DNA from: Octopus sinensis
Taxonomy: Eukaryota
DNA: 64,000 nt
Direction of reading: 5' to 3'
Assembly (NCBI RefSeq): GCF_006345805.1
Contig: NC_043018.1
Coordinates: 930,001 to 994,000 of the forward strand
The notes under the pieces: model-generated
Told to the model about the DNA's origin: nothing
Seen by the model: only the letters and a program-made list of their open reading frames with translations
Databases searched by the model: none
Position numbers and translations under genes: made by a program
Shown: one piece after another, positions 13,542 to 26,444 of the stretch
How positions within the stretch are numbered: position 1 is the stretch's first letter
Layout of the letters: each line of letters starts with the position of its first letter

Positions 13542-15111
13542 CTTTCTCCTAAAGGCACAAAGTCTGATATTACCAGTTCAGCACCGGAGTCAACGGCCTA
13601 GTGTTAAAGTTTCAAACGAGTATAGAATCCGAATATGTACATAAGTGTCCAGTACATCCTATCTTCGTCAGGAATTCAATATTTTACATGATGCAGCTCG
13701 CGAATTGAAAATTTCAAGAAATAACCGTTTAATTTCATTGCTAAGAGATGTAGCCAAACATATAAGTGATCCAACTTATGGAATGAATATCAAACATGGT
13801 TTTTATGTTAAAAGTCTCCTTAAAGAGTAACAACAGCTATTCTGTAAGTTGATTTGATAAAACCCCGGGGAATATATATTTACTAACCACACGATAAGGT
13901 TTTACATGTTGCGGACATGTCTTACTGTCTGAAAATGTTCATACCTTTGTTCAGAGATACTAATGATACCGAGATTTAATTTCCGTTACCAAACAGAGTA
14001 TTGCATTTACAATTTTATACAGGATGATCGCTTTTATGCGGCCGCCTTTATGTGTTGCACCTCTCCTATTCCCTCGTATAGGAAAGGTTCAAATGTAAGA
14101 GTTACAGGTGACAAATGCTAAGTTTTGTATCCCGATAATCGTGACAGGTGCCAGCCACGTTTGGCCCCTGTCGTTATCCCTCAAATAACAGGATATCTGC
14201 CACGGGTTGCTGAAATGGTTCTGGCTTTAAGGTTTTCGTGAAAAGCCTGGTTCGAGGCCCAGCATGTCGAGTTCTTTTGCAGGACTTAGCAAAGCTGAGG
14301 ACCGTTACAATAAGTGTGTGAATCGGAGAGGTTATTATGATGGAAAAATAAGCATCTTATGCTCCTGTATTTTCTTTTACTGAAGCCCAGTAACTTTTCA
14401 GCACCCAACTAAATTCTTGGATACGAAAATGTCATTCATTTTCTTATCCAAGAATTCTAATTTCGTCTTAATTGAATGGGCTGCTCGAATTTGGTAGCAT
14501 TGAATACTTAGGTCAGAACTCGCATAAAATAGATAGGAAGAAAGGTGCTAAGTAAAAAATGGTGGGGTGTACAGTCGTTGTTATACATTGCGTTTTTGTT
14601 TTTAATTATTTCTTCAATAGTTATATTATTTTATAACTTAACAACGTTGGCAAAATTTTGACGCAGATCGATTCTTGACTTTAGTAGCCACTCCTTTTAT
14701 CTCAGTAGCATTTGCTAAGGGACATCATAAATACAAATTACAAAACGCTGTGCTTCTTTCACCATGTAATGACAAAAGAGGCTGGCAAAAAATAAATAAG
14801 CATTAAACAAAAAATAATTGTAGAAAAAATTGAATAAGTTGTAAATGAATATTAAAATTCAGAAAATATATTAGAAAATGACGTTTAGTAAACAGCAGTG
14901 AAACATGTTTAAACACAAAGACAAGAACCTACACCGCCTTATATCTTATACATAAACTTTTTGTAGCTATTTACGTGACGAGAATGAAATCTTAAGAAAA
15001 TAAATCAAACATAGGAATTTGTCGAGAATCCATGGAAATAAAATTGTAAAAATATGAAAGAGAATAGGAAAAAAAAAGCGAAACTAAAAACAATGTTGAT
15101 TAAATAAAGAG

Positions 15112-15178
<67 letters not shown>

Positions 15179-16669
15179 TATATTAAAATACCCGAGGAGA
15201 AAATGTAATAGACATGTTTTAAAAAACATATTCTATGAAAAAAAAGCTATTAGAAATGTATTATTGCTATTACTTTCTATGTCCATATTTTTTTTCTTCT
15301 TTGTAATAGGTTTTCCAAAAGCCCAACGGTTTTACTAATTGGTACATGTAATATCGTCTTCACAATCGATGCCCTTGAGTAAAGTGGAATAAAATGTTGC
15401 TGTTTTTGCTATTGCTGCCGCTGTTCTTTTATTTTATTTTATTTTGGTGATTGGAGAATAACAAACACGCGAAGAGCTTTATTTTATTCAAGAGAATTCC
15501 GTACATGTTATGTTCACGATTAACACATGATACGTGAGAATGTCTTAAGAATATAGACTGATTCTATTATTACTATGTATTACATTTCGATACAGTAATG
15601 GAACAATGCATACCAGATGTGTGTTTCTGTAATTATCTTTACAAAAATGTAGCCATGCATCTCAGTAGCTATCTCCTCGGCAGTACGAATTGAAAATAGG
15701 TTTATAGAAACATCTAATAACTTCAATAATTAATCTAATCCAGCATCTACATTGCTTTGATTGTATTTGTACTTTTTAACATTAAATTTTTAAGCTTTGT
15801 AAGACAATCACGCTTACATATTACATTTTATCTAGAAAATGTTAGCTTCAGTGGTATATCATAAGCAGTTGTGTACTTTCAAACTATTTATGTTGTGTTT
15901 CATTGACTTAGGGCGTGGGTTGTGTCTAAGTTTGTCCATTCACGGTCACGTTGATAGGATCTGATACCGCGCGTGTCAATGAAGAATTGGCCCAGCAATT
16001 TGCTGCTATAGCTCTCCCTTTCTCCAACCATTCCATCACAAATACTTAAGCACCTGGAAGAATTAAGGAAATCACATTCTACGCCATTGGAGCAGTGGTG
16101 TTAACATAATAGACTATCTCCTCCGCCCCCGAATTAATGGTCCTGTGCAATAATTTGAAAACAATATTACTATCACTAGGAAGGTGGCATACCTTTTGCA
16201 CGGAATCGAAAAAATACCAGTTGAGCACTGCTATCGACATAATCGACTAACCCAGAATTTCATCAAGTTGAACTAACCTGCTCTCATTGTATATTATTTA
16301 CTTTCTATAATTTAATTTACTTTCCTAATCATCTATACTATATTAGTAACTGGAAATATTTCTAAAATTTCTTATATGCAACCACGAAGCGAATATTTCA
16401 GGGAAAATATATTCTAGGTGAATATGGAATAAGCCAGCTCTCGCTACGCTTATGTATATAAGAACTGTATTTTTCATTTTCTCGTCAGAAAAATAAAATA
16501 TTTGCCTATGAATCAGACGACGCTTAATTTCATATTACAAAAGGCTGTATATCTATGTAGCGATTGCTCCATTATATGAGGATGAGGGACAGTAATTCTC
16601 TTGTCTTGAATTAATTCCAGTCATAACTTAGTTTTCGAAAGAGTGTAAACATATATGTATGTGTGTGAT

Positions 16670-16878
16670 ATCGCCATGTTGGATCGCTAGCTTCTGCACG
16701 CATTTTCTTTCTCTCCTTGTTTCTCTCCGTGTTTCTTTTCTGTGTATCTTTCTGTTGAAGAGCGTAGGCTCGAAACGTTAAAGACTTGTTTTATTTATAT
16801 TACTGAGCGCCATACTAATACAATTGTTTGTTTGTATTCCACCTGCCTTCGTCTTTTGTTTATTTTCATAAAGCTTCC
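16670..16878 (+). mobile_element. Short HHR-like repeat, family B; motif at 16747-16784
   Basis: TCTTT-CTGTTGA-A-GAGC-GTAG-GCTC-GAAA-CGTT-AAAGA. Flanks are homologous to 46776-46963 and 59694-59876. Confidence 0.75.
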
Positions 16879-17964
16879 GGTGTGTGTGTATGTGTGTGTG
16901 TGAATGTGAGTGCACGCGAGTCTGTGTAATTGTATGTGTGTTTGCACATCGTTTTGTCCAAGGAGACGTAAATTCCCACTTGCCGTATATTCTCTAAGAG
17001 CCACAAATTGTGTGATAAAGGGCATTCACGCAACTAGAAATAAAAATCGCATTACACGTTAACAAGATGGAGTTTAACAAGAATACTCAGTAACGGACAT
17101 TACTTAACGACGTCACTTTTTAGACATTCAGTTTAAATAGTTTGGTTGGCGAAATTAAAAGAAAGATTTCATGAGAAGGAACTAAAAGCAACGCCAGACG
17201 CGTATTCGAACTCTTGAAAAGAGTCTAAGAAAGCCCACCATTATCATCCATTTGGCAAACTTGAACACATCTCACAGTTTCTGTTTCTCCCATAATTCCC
17301 TCCTTACACCACATACATGCATGGTGTATACATGCATTATGTGTTTGTGTCTGTATGTATGTATGTATGTATGTATGTATGTATGTATGTATGCGTGCAA
17401 GCATGTTCGTACGAATTCATGCATACTTTTTAATTTACATTACTCCCATTTATAAAACTAAATGCGTTTCGTTTAAAATAAGATAAAAGACGTGTTAAAT
17501 TTAATCAAATATATAGTTGAATTAACAAGGACAAATGTTACACACTTTTATGTTCTTAAATCTTGTTGCCTGAATTTTTGATTCGTGCTGTGTCGTAGTG
17601 GTTTTTAATATTGTTCCTTTGTTTTCCTCCCTCTCTCTCTACCTCTCCCTCTCCCTCTTTCTCTCTCATTCTTTCTTTATGCATATTTAATTCAAAGCCT
17701 TTGATATACGCCAAATGCATGCATGTGAGAAATTTACTTACTTGCATAATATGTATGCATTGTTGTAGGTAAGAATGCGTGCCGATATGGTGAACTTAAG
17801 CATGAATATTTGCATGTGTGTATGCGTGTTTTGTAAGAGTGCCGCTCAGGAATTATAATCTTGCGTGTATATGGAAGCGTAATTATCTTGAACTGCATAC
17901 GCGTAAGCGCAAATTGATATAAACATATACGAATATATATATATATATATATACTATTTTTCGC

Positions 17965-18062
<98 letters not shown>

Positions 18063-19004
18063 TATATATGTGTATTAAGAATGCTCAATCAACATAGACC
18101 TAAAGCGAAATATGTGCGCATATTTACCAGCATATATTGGTGAGGGAAATTAAAATTAATTTGGTAATAAATTTCTTTACATGTAACGATGTATTTACTT
18201 ACGTGTTCTTATTCTATTCTTGTGTATCTCGGTATTCTTTCCCCCTCTTCATTTCCTTCTTCAAAGAGAAAATTTAATTTTACGGAGAAATTGGGAAAGA
18301 ACATATATATATATATATATATAAAAAATTGCCATGAGAAAAAATAACAATAAAATTAACTACAACAACAACATGAACGTTGCTACTACTTTCGTCATCA
18401 TCATCATCACCAATATCAACTCGAAGATAACTGCGATAACGACAATTGCGGCAGTAAATAGCTTGCCTTTTCAAAGCTGAAACATTTGCCCAATATACAG
18501 AATTTAATAAACCAAATTCTTCGAAACAGTAAATTAATTATAATAGGTTAAACAGCTATGACAAAATCTAGTTTAGAGTAATTACATAGGTACGACGTTT
18601 CGTGTTAGAGCGTCATAGTGAGTCTGTTCACATTGTTACCGTATTTACAGGGCATTTTGTTCAAGCACGCTACATATGTTTAACATAAGCGATGGAAGAC
18701 TGTTGGTCAAGATTCAAGTGTTAAACCAGAGTTGTATAAGAGTGAAAAACGGGTTTCGGCTATTGATTTGTAGATGGGTTATGCATGTTAAGCAAAAGTA
18801 TTCTGCATTTCGTATTTAGTTTAGCTTTTCTTTTCCTCTCTGATCGAGTAAAGTTATCACTAAAAACTGTTACGAGTGTAATGTTATACTGTTTCTTTAC
18901 TCCTGAATTTGTTAAGTCTTTCAGAATGTATTCTCCACTGGGTCCTTATTGTTCATTTCAAGGGTGAGGGATTTCGCTTGTGGAAAATATATATATATAT
19001 TTTT

Positions 19005-19230
19005 TTACTACCCACAAGGGGCTAAACACAGAGGGGACAAACAAGGACAAACAAACGGATTAAGTCGATTATATCGACCCCAGTGCGTAACTGGTACTTA
19101 ATTTATCGACCCCGAAAGGATGAAAGGCAAAGTCGCCCTCGGCGGAATTTGAACTCAGAATGTAACGGCAGACGAAATACGGCTACGCATTTCGCCCGGC
19201 GCGCTAACGTTTCTGCCAGCTCGCCGCTTG
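19005..19230 (-). mobile_element. SINE family S2, single unit
   Basis: Same head and body as 12700-13287. Confidence 0.9.
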
Positions 19231-19578
19231 TGGAAAATGTGGTTATTTCAATTCATCACACGTAGTATCTTTGTATTGCATGGTATTTTATCTTAGAACA
19301 TGGCGGAGAACTCGTAAACTTATGAATAATATGCACGTGCCGGAGTATAAAATAGTATGTCAGAAAGACGCCGAAAAGGAAAGCTGAGTCAAAAATATAG
19401 GGTCTTATGAGGCAAAAATGCCTTCGAAAGCCTCTGCATGTAAAAAATCTCCCATGTTTTTGCAAAACAACTGTATGTCTCAATTGTTGACACTCTTACT
19501 GATTTATGTAGTGGAGCTACGTGAGTAAACAGTTTGTCACATTGCGTTGTAGCCAAATTATCTATATATTTCTTTAAA

Positions 19579-19735
19579 GCTGGAGTGGCTGTGTGGTAAG
19601 TACCTCGCTTACCTACCACATGGTTCTGGGTTCATTCCCGCTCCGTGGCACCATGAGAAAGTGTCTTCTACTATAGCCTCGGGCCGACCAAATCCTTGTG
19701 AGAGGATTTGTCAGACATAAACTGGAAGAAGCGCG

Positions 19736-19806
<71 letters not shown>

Positions 19807-19915
19807 GTGTGTGTGTTTGTCCCCCATCATCGCTTGACAACCAATGCTGGTGTGTTTACATCTCCGTGACTTAGCTGTTCGGCAAAAGAGACCGATAGAA
19901 TAAGTACTAGGCTTC
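19579..19915 (+). mobile_element. tRNA-derived SINE family S1, 3'-truncated
   Basis: GGAGTGGCTGTGTGGTAAG head, GGGTTCATTCCC B-box-like motif, central (TA)n. Confidence 0.9.
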
Positions 19916-20133
19916 ATAAGAAAAAATTATATGTAAAATTGCTACTCTCTGCGGTGAGCACACCCCACTCTTCGGCGCTGAAATTATACTAAAAAAATAT
20001 TGAATTCATAGTATTAAGTTGTGTGAGAAAGGGGAATTGAAAGGTTGCTTATTAAAACAGAAGAAATATAAGACTAAAATGAGGGATGAGTTGCCCATAT
20101 CTTTTTTATTTTTTTATATTTTATATGGATGGA

Positions 20134-20518
20134 TGGAAGCACTCCGTCGGTTACGACGATGAGGGCTCCGGTTGATGCGAATCAACGGAACAGCCTACTC
20201 GTGAAATTAACGTGTAAGTGGCTGAGCACTCCACAGACACGTGCACCCTTAACATAGTTCTCGGGGATATTCAGCGTGACACAGAGAGTGACAAGGCCGG
20301 CCCTTTGAAATACAGGTACAACAGAAACAAGAAGTAAGAGCGAGAGAAAGTTGTGGTGAAAGAGTACAGCAGGGATCACCACCATCCCCTGCCGGAGCCT
20401 CGTGGAGCTTTTAGGTGTTTTCGGTCAATAAACACTCACAACGCCCGGTCTGGGAGTCGAAACCGCGATCCTATGACCGCGAGTCCGCTGCTCTAACCAC
20501 TGGACCATTGCGCCTCCA
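20134..20518 (-). mobile_element. tRNA(Arg)-like SINE family S3
   Basis: Head GGAGGCGCAATGGTCCAGTGGTTAGAGCAGCGGACTCGCGGTCATAGGATCGCGGTTTCGACTCCC. A second near-identical copy lies at 33486-33868. Confidence 0.85.
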
Positions 20519-20818
20519 CATATTTTATATAAAGAATAGTAAATGCAGTACCTCTCGTGTTTATAGGAGGGCGTAACGATACAGAGGTGAAAACAACAAA
20601 CGGGTATGACTACGGATCCTTCACACACAAAAGAAAAAGTCTGAATCGTTGCAATGTTGGCTAACTTATGGTGCGTGGTTCGTTATTCTTATCTACTAGC
20701 AGTTACATTTCCAGTGAATGGACTATTGTTTACAGTCCTATACATGTTACCTATGTGTGTAAGGTTTCTAATTATAATGCCCAAGAGAAAACTAATTTAG
20801 TGATTTGGTAAATAATAT

Positions 20819-20984
20819 AGGCGCAGGAGTGGCTGTGTGGTAGGTAGCTTGCTAACCAGCCACATGGTTCCGGGTTCAGTCCCACTGCGTGGCATCTTGG
20901 GCAAGTGTCTTCTGCTATAGCCCCGGGCCGACCAATGCCTTGTGAGAGGATTTGGTAGACGGAAACTGGAAGAAGCCTGTCGTA

Positions 20985-21052
<68 letters not shown>

Positions 21053-21295
21053 ATATATAAGTGTGTGTATATATGTTTGTGTGTCTGTGTTTGTCCCCCC
21101 AGCATTGCTTGACAACCGATGCTGGTGTGTTTACGTCCCCGTTACTTAGCGGTTCGGCAAAAGAGACCGATTGAATAAGTACTGGGCTTACAAAGAATAA
21201 GTCTCGGGGTCGATTTGCTCGACTGAAGGCGGTGCTCCAGCATGGCCGCAGTCAAATGACTGAAACAAGTAAAAGAGTAAAAGAGTAAAGAGAGT
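20819..21295 (+). mobile_element. SINE family S1, full length
   Basis: tRNA-like head, internal (TA)n, 3' (AAAAGAGT)n tail. Confidence 0.92.
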
Positions 21296-21423
21296 AACTG
21301 AAATCAAGCCTGCATTGCGAAAATTGATTTGATTTCTTTTATCTCGACTTAAATTTTTTCTGGCAAATACCACCCAGTTACTCAAGGACACATTTCACTT
21401 TTGCACTTCGCCCATCGAAATAT

Positions 21424-21844
21424 TACTCTTTTACTCTTTTACTTTTTTAGTTGTTTCAGTCATTTGACTGCGGCCATGCTGGAACACCGCCTTTAGTCGA
21501 GCAAATCGACCCCGGGACTTATTCTTTGTAAGCCCAGTACTTATTCTATCGGTCTCTTTTGCCGAACCGCTAAGTTACGGGGACGTAAACACAGCAGCAT
21601 CGGTTGTCAAGCAATGCTAGGGGGACAAACACAGACACACAAACATACACACACACACACGCACACACATATATATATACATATATACGACGGGCTTCTT
21701 TCAGTTTCCGTCTACCAAATCCACTCACAAGGCTTCGGTCGGCCCGAGGCTATAGCAGAAGACACTTGCCTAAGATGCCACGCAGTGGGACTGAACCCAG
21801 AACCATGTGGTTGGTAGGCAAGCTACTTACCACACAGCCACTCC
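21424..21844 (-). mobile_element. SINE family S1, full length, inverted relative to the previous copy
   Basis: Reverse complement of 20819-21295 apart from the central microsatellite. Confidence 0.92.
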
Positions 21845-22489
21845 ATAAAACCATTAAAATATTCTTTTAACCTCTTTAGCTCTCAGTAAATACTTATAGA
21901 TAATAAATTCTTATGCACAATAAATTCGATGTGGCATATGTTGACAAGGACAGTGAAAATTACTGGAATTTCATATTTAAATCTTAAATTTATCGAAACG
22001 TGTGTTTTCTTTTAGATTTTTTGTGTTATTTTTAGGTTTATATTTCCCTCCACTATATCAAATGAAGAACTGTTTCAAGTTATAACGTTGAAAATATTGA
22101 AAAGGAATGAGAATTCTTTTGTGAATTGATTATTAATATTACATACTTTACATACGAAACAAGAAGCGAGAGGAAATATTAGAACTCAGAATACATAAAG
22201 GGCAACTACACGTACTCTATGTGATTGTATGTAAAATTGTGAGTGCTCAGGAAAGCTACCAGCCTAGTCGTTGTCGACGTGATAGTCATCATTACAATCC
22301 GCTCTTACTTTGCTTCCTCCTCCTGCTCCTCCTTCCCTTCCTCCACATCTTCCTCCTTTACCTCTTCTTCTTCTTTTTCTTCCTCCACCTCATTACTGAA
22401 AGAAACAATAACTGTGGAAACAGAATATTCCTCCGCATTTTCTTTGTCTTAATCATCGCCTTTGTCAGTTTTGTTTACTGTAATCGTCA

Positions 22490-22740
22490 TCATCATCATC
22501 GTTTAGAGTCCGCTTTCCATGCTAGCATGGGTTGGACGGTTCAACTGAGGTCTGGGAAGCCAGAAGGCTGCACCAGGCCCAATCTGATTTGGCAATGATT
22601 CTACGGCTGGATGCCCTTCCTAACGCCAACCACTCCAAGAGTGTTGTGGGTGCTTTTTACGTGCCACACGAGGCTGGCAAGCGGCCAAGATCGGATGGAG
22701 CTTTTTACGTGCCACCGGCACGGAGGCCAGGCTATAATGT
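22490..22740 (-). mobile_element. SINE-like 3' part (family S5) with (GAT)n tail
   Basis: Minus strand GTGGTTGGCGTTAGGAAGGGCATCCAGCCGTAGAA...AACCCATGCTAGCATGGAAAGCGGACTCTAAACGATGATGATG; resembles RTE-tailed SINEs (recognition only). Confidence 0.7.
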
Positions 22741-23004
22741 AGACACTGATAGCGGGCAGTACGCTCCATGCGAGCGAGAAATACGAAAATCAGTGAACAG
22801 AAGGAACATAGCACACGTAAAATTGCTCTCACAGACGCTTGAATAGAGCGAGAGATAGAAACATGTATAAACAACATGCATTTATACATAAATAGATGTA
22901 CACAAATATTTAGTGACTTCAACGAACACTTGGTCATATAACCAAATATTGCAGGCTTTGGAACTGGATTTCGTAATTTCAAATAAAACTATACGACTAG
23001 TGCC

Positions 23005-23190
23005 TGAAATTCGGTGGGGGGCGGATAGTCGATAACATCAGCTTCAAGGTTCGACTGGTATTTTTTCCATCGATCTCAAAAAGATAAAAGGTAATGTCGA
23101 CCTCGGCAGAATTTGAACGCAGAACGTGAAGATGGATGAAATACGGATAAACATTTTGCCCGGCGTGCTAACGATTCTGCCAGCTCTCCA
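23005..23190 (-). mobile_element. SINE family S2, short-tail form, diverged
   Basis: GAGCTGGCAGAATCGTTAGCACGCCGGG head; CCCCCCACCGAATTTCAGGCAC tail. Confidence 0.8.
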
Positions 23191-24539
23191 CCTCAGATGA
23201 GAATATAAAATGATAAAATCTCGAACAGCTTTGCTCTCCCCATATGATGTAAATATAAACAAGCCGATGTAGGATTGTGAAAGCAACGAGAGCCTTAACA
23301 TGAAGGGATATTTAATGTGTTATTTAAGGGTATTTAATGTGTTATTTAAGGGGTTTTTGATGTGTTATTTAAGTGGGGTTTGATGTGATAGTTTCTGACT
23401 GAAGAATACTTCACATGATACAGCGGCCGTAATTCCCTTTATGTCAGAACCGAGTCATCAACTTTCATGCGGATGAATAACCATTCATCAACACATGTAT
23501 TAGTGTATACATGTGTGTATGTGTGCATGTGTGATTGTGCATGTGTATACATTTATCCCTATATATATATACAATTATATACAGATATACATGTACGTGT
23601 GCATGTGTGTATATATGTGTGTATATGCTTGTGTGTGTGCGTGTGTGGTGTGTGCCTGTACATATAGTAGTAATTGCATAACATTATGTATGTTTATTGC
23701 TTCTTAATGAACTCTAAGTTGAATATTTCTTTGTATCTGGTCCCTATCCTTTTTTTTCTTTGGTTGGGGGTCACAACAATCAGATTAATATATTTGTATA
23801 TCAACCAGTGTTGTATATTATTTCGAAAGCAAATCTTCGTCAGATCGGTTTCAATGTTCTGAATCATCAGTAAATTTTCGAGGAAGAAACAAAAGCTTGC
23901 GTTGATTGAAATAAGATATCATCTAAAAATGTTTATTTCCTATCGCAATCAAACACGTATGTTTTTCAAGTGAAATGAGCACCACGTTAAATGGCAACAG
24001 AATATTTTCATCAGCAAAAACCATAGTATGACATAAAGGAAACTTGATTGAACATCTACCGAAGGATTCTTCGCCAAGATTTAGAAGATTTGAGAGATTT
24101 AAAATCTTTCAGCTGATATTTTCAGGCAAAAGCTGCTATTACAAATGATAGTGTATGAGCTAAGTATCTCAGCGTATTAAAGACAATTATTAAAGATATG
24201 GGTTTTGTGGATGAAACGAGATTCTGTTGGAAACGAAAGCTAAATAAAATTTTCTTCGGTATAAAGAAAAATTGCAAATTGGCTTGGAAGTTAATACTGA
24301 TACACGTAGCACTTTTATGATATCAAAATGCTGCAAATGAGTTAAAATTATAGCCCTTTTTGATTGATCTATCAGAAAACATGTAATTTTAAAGTGTTCA
24401 GAAAGCACTCACAAACAGTTTATTAGAATTCCAATGAAAATAAGCGTGGATTTCAGATCTTTATTTGCAGATTTGGTTGCAAAATTCTTTCTTCATTCCC
24501 CTATTCCCTCTCCCTCCCTGATTGATAACGTTAGTTTAT

Positions 24540-25510
24540 AAATCCTATTTGCAAATTGTAAACAATTTTGCAAATTTTGGACACTGATCCTTGTCAAAAG
24601 ACAGCATTTAGTTGCTAACATTGAAGTACCAATGTGGTGTTTCCATCGCAAAAACGATAACACTGTCGCAGCTAGTTTGTTAATCCATTCAAGTCATAGT
24701 ACTCACTTCTGAATGTTGGCCATGTCTTTAACATTGGAATCAAGGAGAAGGAAGCTGCTGGAAACATAATGTCATTGGATTATGCTCACGTGTAAGAAAT
24801 AGCAACATGGTAGTTTTTAGCGTAAAGTACGATTACTCATTCCATGAGCAGTTTTGATAGACTCTATATGGCGTGTTGAGAAGCCATAGCAGGCATGATT
24901 CATCTGGATTTATAACTGCAAATATTGTTAGAGAATTCTTTGCTCAACGCAGATTTAGCCCGAATCCTAGAATTTAGTTTGTTATTTTTGATGAACATTT
25001 CTTTTATGGTAATAGTGTTGCTGAGTCTGTAGACCAATTCTTGCCTGGAAAAGTCGATGGCATTGATTGTATGGTAATGTTGGTTGAAGGGAAGGGTGAT
25101 TTTGTCGAGCTTGTCTCTCCTGTCGTTGGATTTCTACCTTTTCTGTTGAGGTGGTTTCTACGTTTTCGGTTGCAATAGTGATAGAACACCACCAGTAGGT
25201 TCGGTCTCGGGACTTGTGTTTCAAACGATATAGGTTCAAGTCCAGTAGATTTCAATGTAATATTGGTTTGGGCCTAATATTCTTCGAAGAAGGCAACTCC
25301 TTAATTTTTTCCGTGAAGTGAGACTGTTGAATACGTTTTAGCGTGAGAATTTTGACCTTTCAGTTCTTGCTACATTTCCTGTCCTTCAAAGACAGTGTTT
25401 CATGATCAATAATTCAAGGGTTCAACTGATTACCTTTTAATTACATCGCTGTTGATCACATAATTTTCCTAGTTGATGTTCACGGTTGAAAGAACATTTA
25501 ATGGTAAACG
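24540..25510 (-). mobile_element. Highly decayed Penelope-like remnant
   Basis: Minus strand RLPLNVLSTVNIN*ENYVINSDVIKR*SVEPLNY*S (LPFLD...YRK...LNY.S-like) and DKLDKITLPFNQHYHTI (linker-like); many stops. Confidence 0.45.
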
Positions 25511-26074
25511 TAGATGATATAATTTGCATATCATAAGTATAATTGCCCTTTCTACTTTAGGCACAAGACTTGAAAACTTGGGAAAGGGCGCTAGTCAATT
25601 ACATGGACCCTAGTGTTTAACTGATACTTATTTCATCAACCCTTGTACTGAGAAAGAAATACTGATACCTTTGCGATAAAATATATGGTTTTGTTTTGTT
25701 TAAATTCACATTAATATGTTAAGAAAGTAAATAAAACTGCCCTCGACAGATTTAAAAGAAAATATACTGGACTTATGTTTACTGTATCTTCCATTATTAC
25801 GTTATATACAGCACAAACGGTGGATAGCTTGCTGCGAATTTAAGCGAATCATTGTTCACTAAAACTCGCAACAAGCCATCGATTGTTTTCGTATGTACAT
25901 GAGTTAGGTTTGAAACCTGTGTCCTAAGATGACCGTCACCAGTGAAATTTTTTTGAATAATTCAATAAAAAACCCCAGTAAAATAGTGCAATAACCCGAA
26001 CAAATATGTGATCCGCAGTAAGATTTAAGCTTGGAAGTTGGTTGTATTTCTGTGTTGGTTTCAGTGCTTTTACT

Positions 26075-26230
26075 TGTGTGTGTTTGTGTGTATGTGTGTG
26101 TGTGTGTGTGGTAAGTGTGTGAGTGTGGTGTGTGTGTGTGTATGTTTGTGAGTGTGTGTGTGTGTGTGTGTTGGGGTGTGTACTGTGGTGAGTGTGTGTG
26201 TGTGTGTGTGGTGTGTAGTGTGGGGTGTGT

Positions 26231-26261
<31 letters not shown>

Positions 26262-26390
26262 GTGTGTATGTGTGTGAGTGTGTGTGTGTGATGTGTGTGC
26301 GTGTGTGTGTGTGTATGTGTGGGTGTGCGTGTGAGTGTGTGTGTGGTATGTTTTGTGAGTGTGTGTGTGTGTGTGGTGTGTGTGTATGCA
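26075..26390. repeat. Degenerate (TG)n microsatellite
   Basis: Read directly from sequence. Confidence 0.97.
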
Positions 26391-26444
26391 TGCATATCCG
26401 TGGCTGACTGGGGTTGGCATGACTTGGGCTACAATGGACGAGAG

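Noticed and set aside
13610-13675. Minus-strand CUGACGA...GAAAC with internal hairpin
   Set aside because: No stem I complementarity and stem II does not close next to GAAA.
18590-18625. Minus-strand CUAUGA...GAAACGUC
   Set aside because: Core has a deletion and stems I and II are unpaired; at best a fossil.
19404-19434. CTTATGA-GGCA-AAAA-TGCC-TTC-GAAA-GCCTC
   Set aside because: G5 mutated, extra bases before GAAA and no stem I; possibly a decayed HHR but unsupported.
23815-23848. Minus-strand CUGACGA...GAAA
   Set aside because: Stem II is only about 2 bp and there is no stem I.
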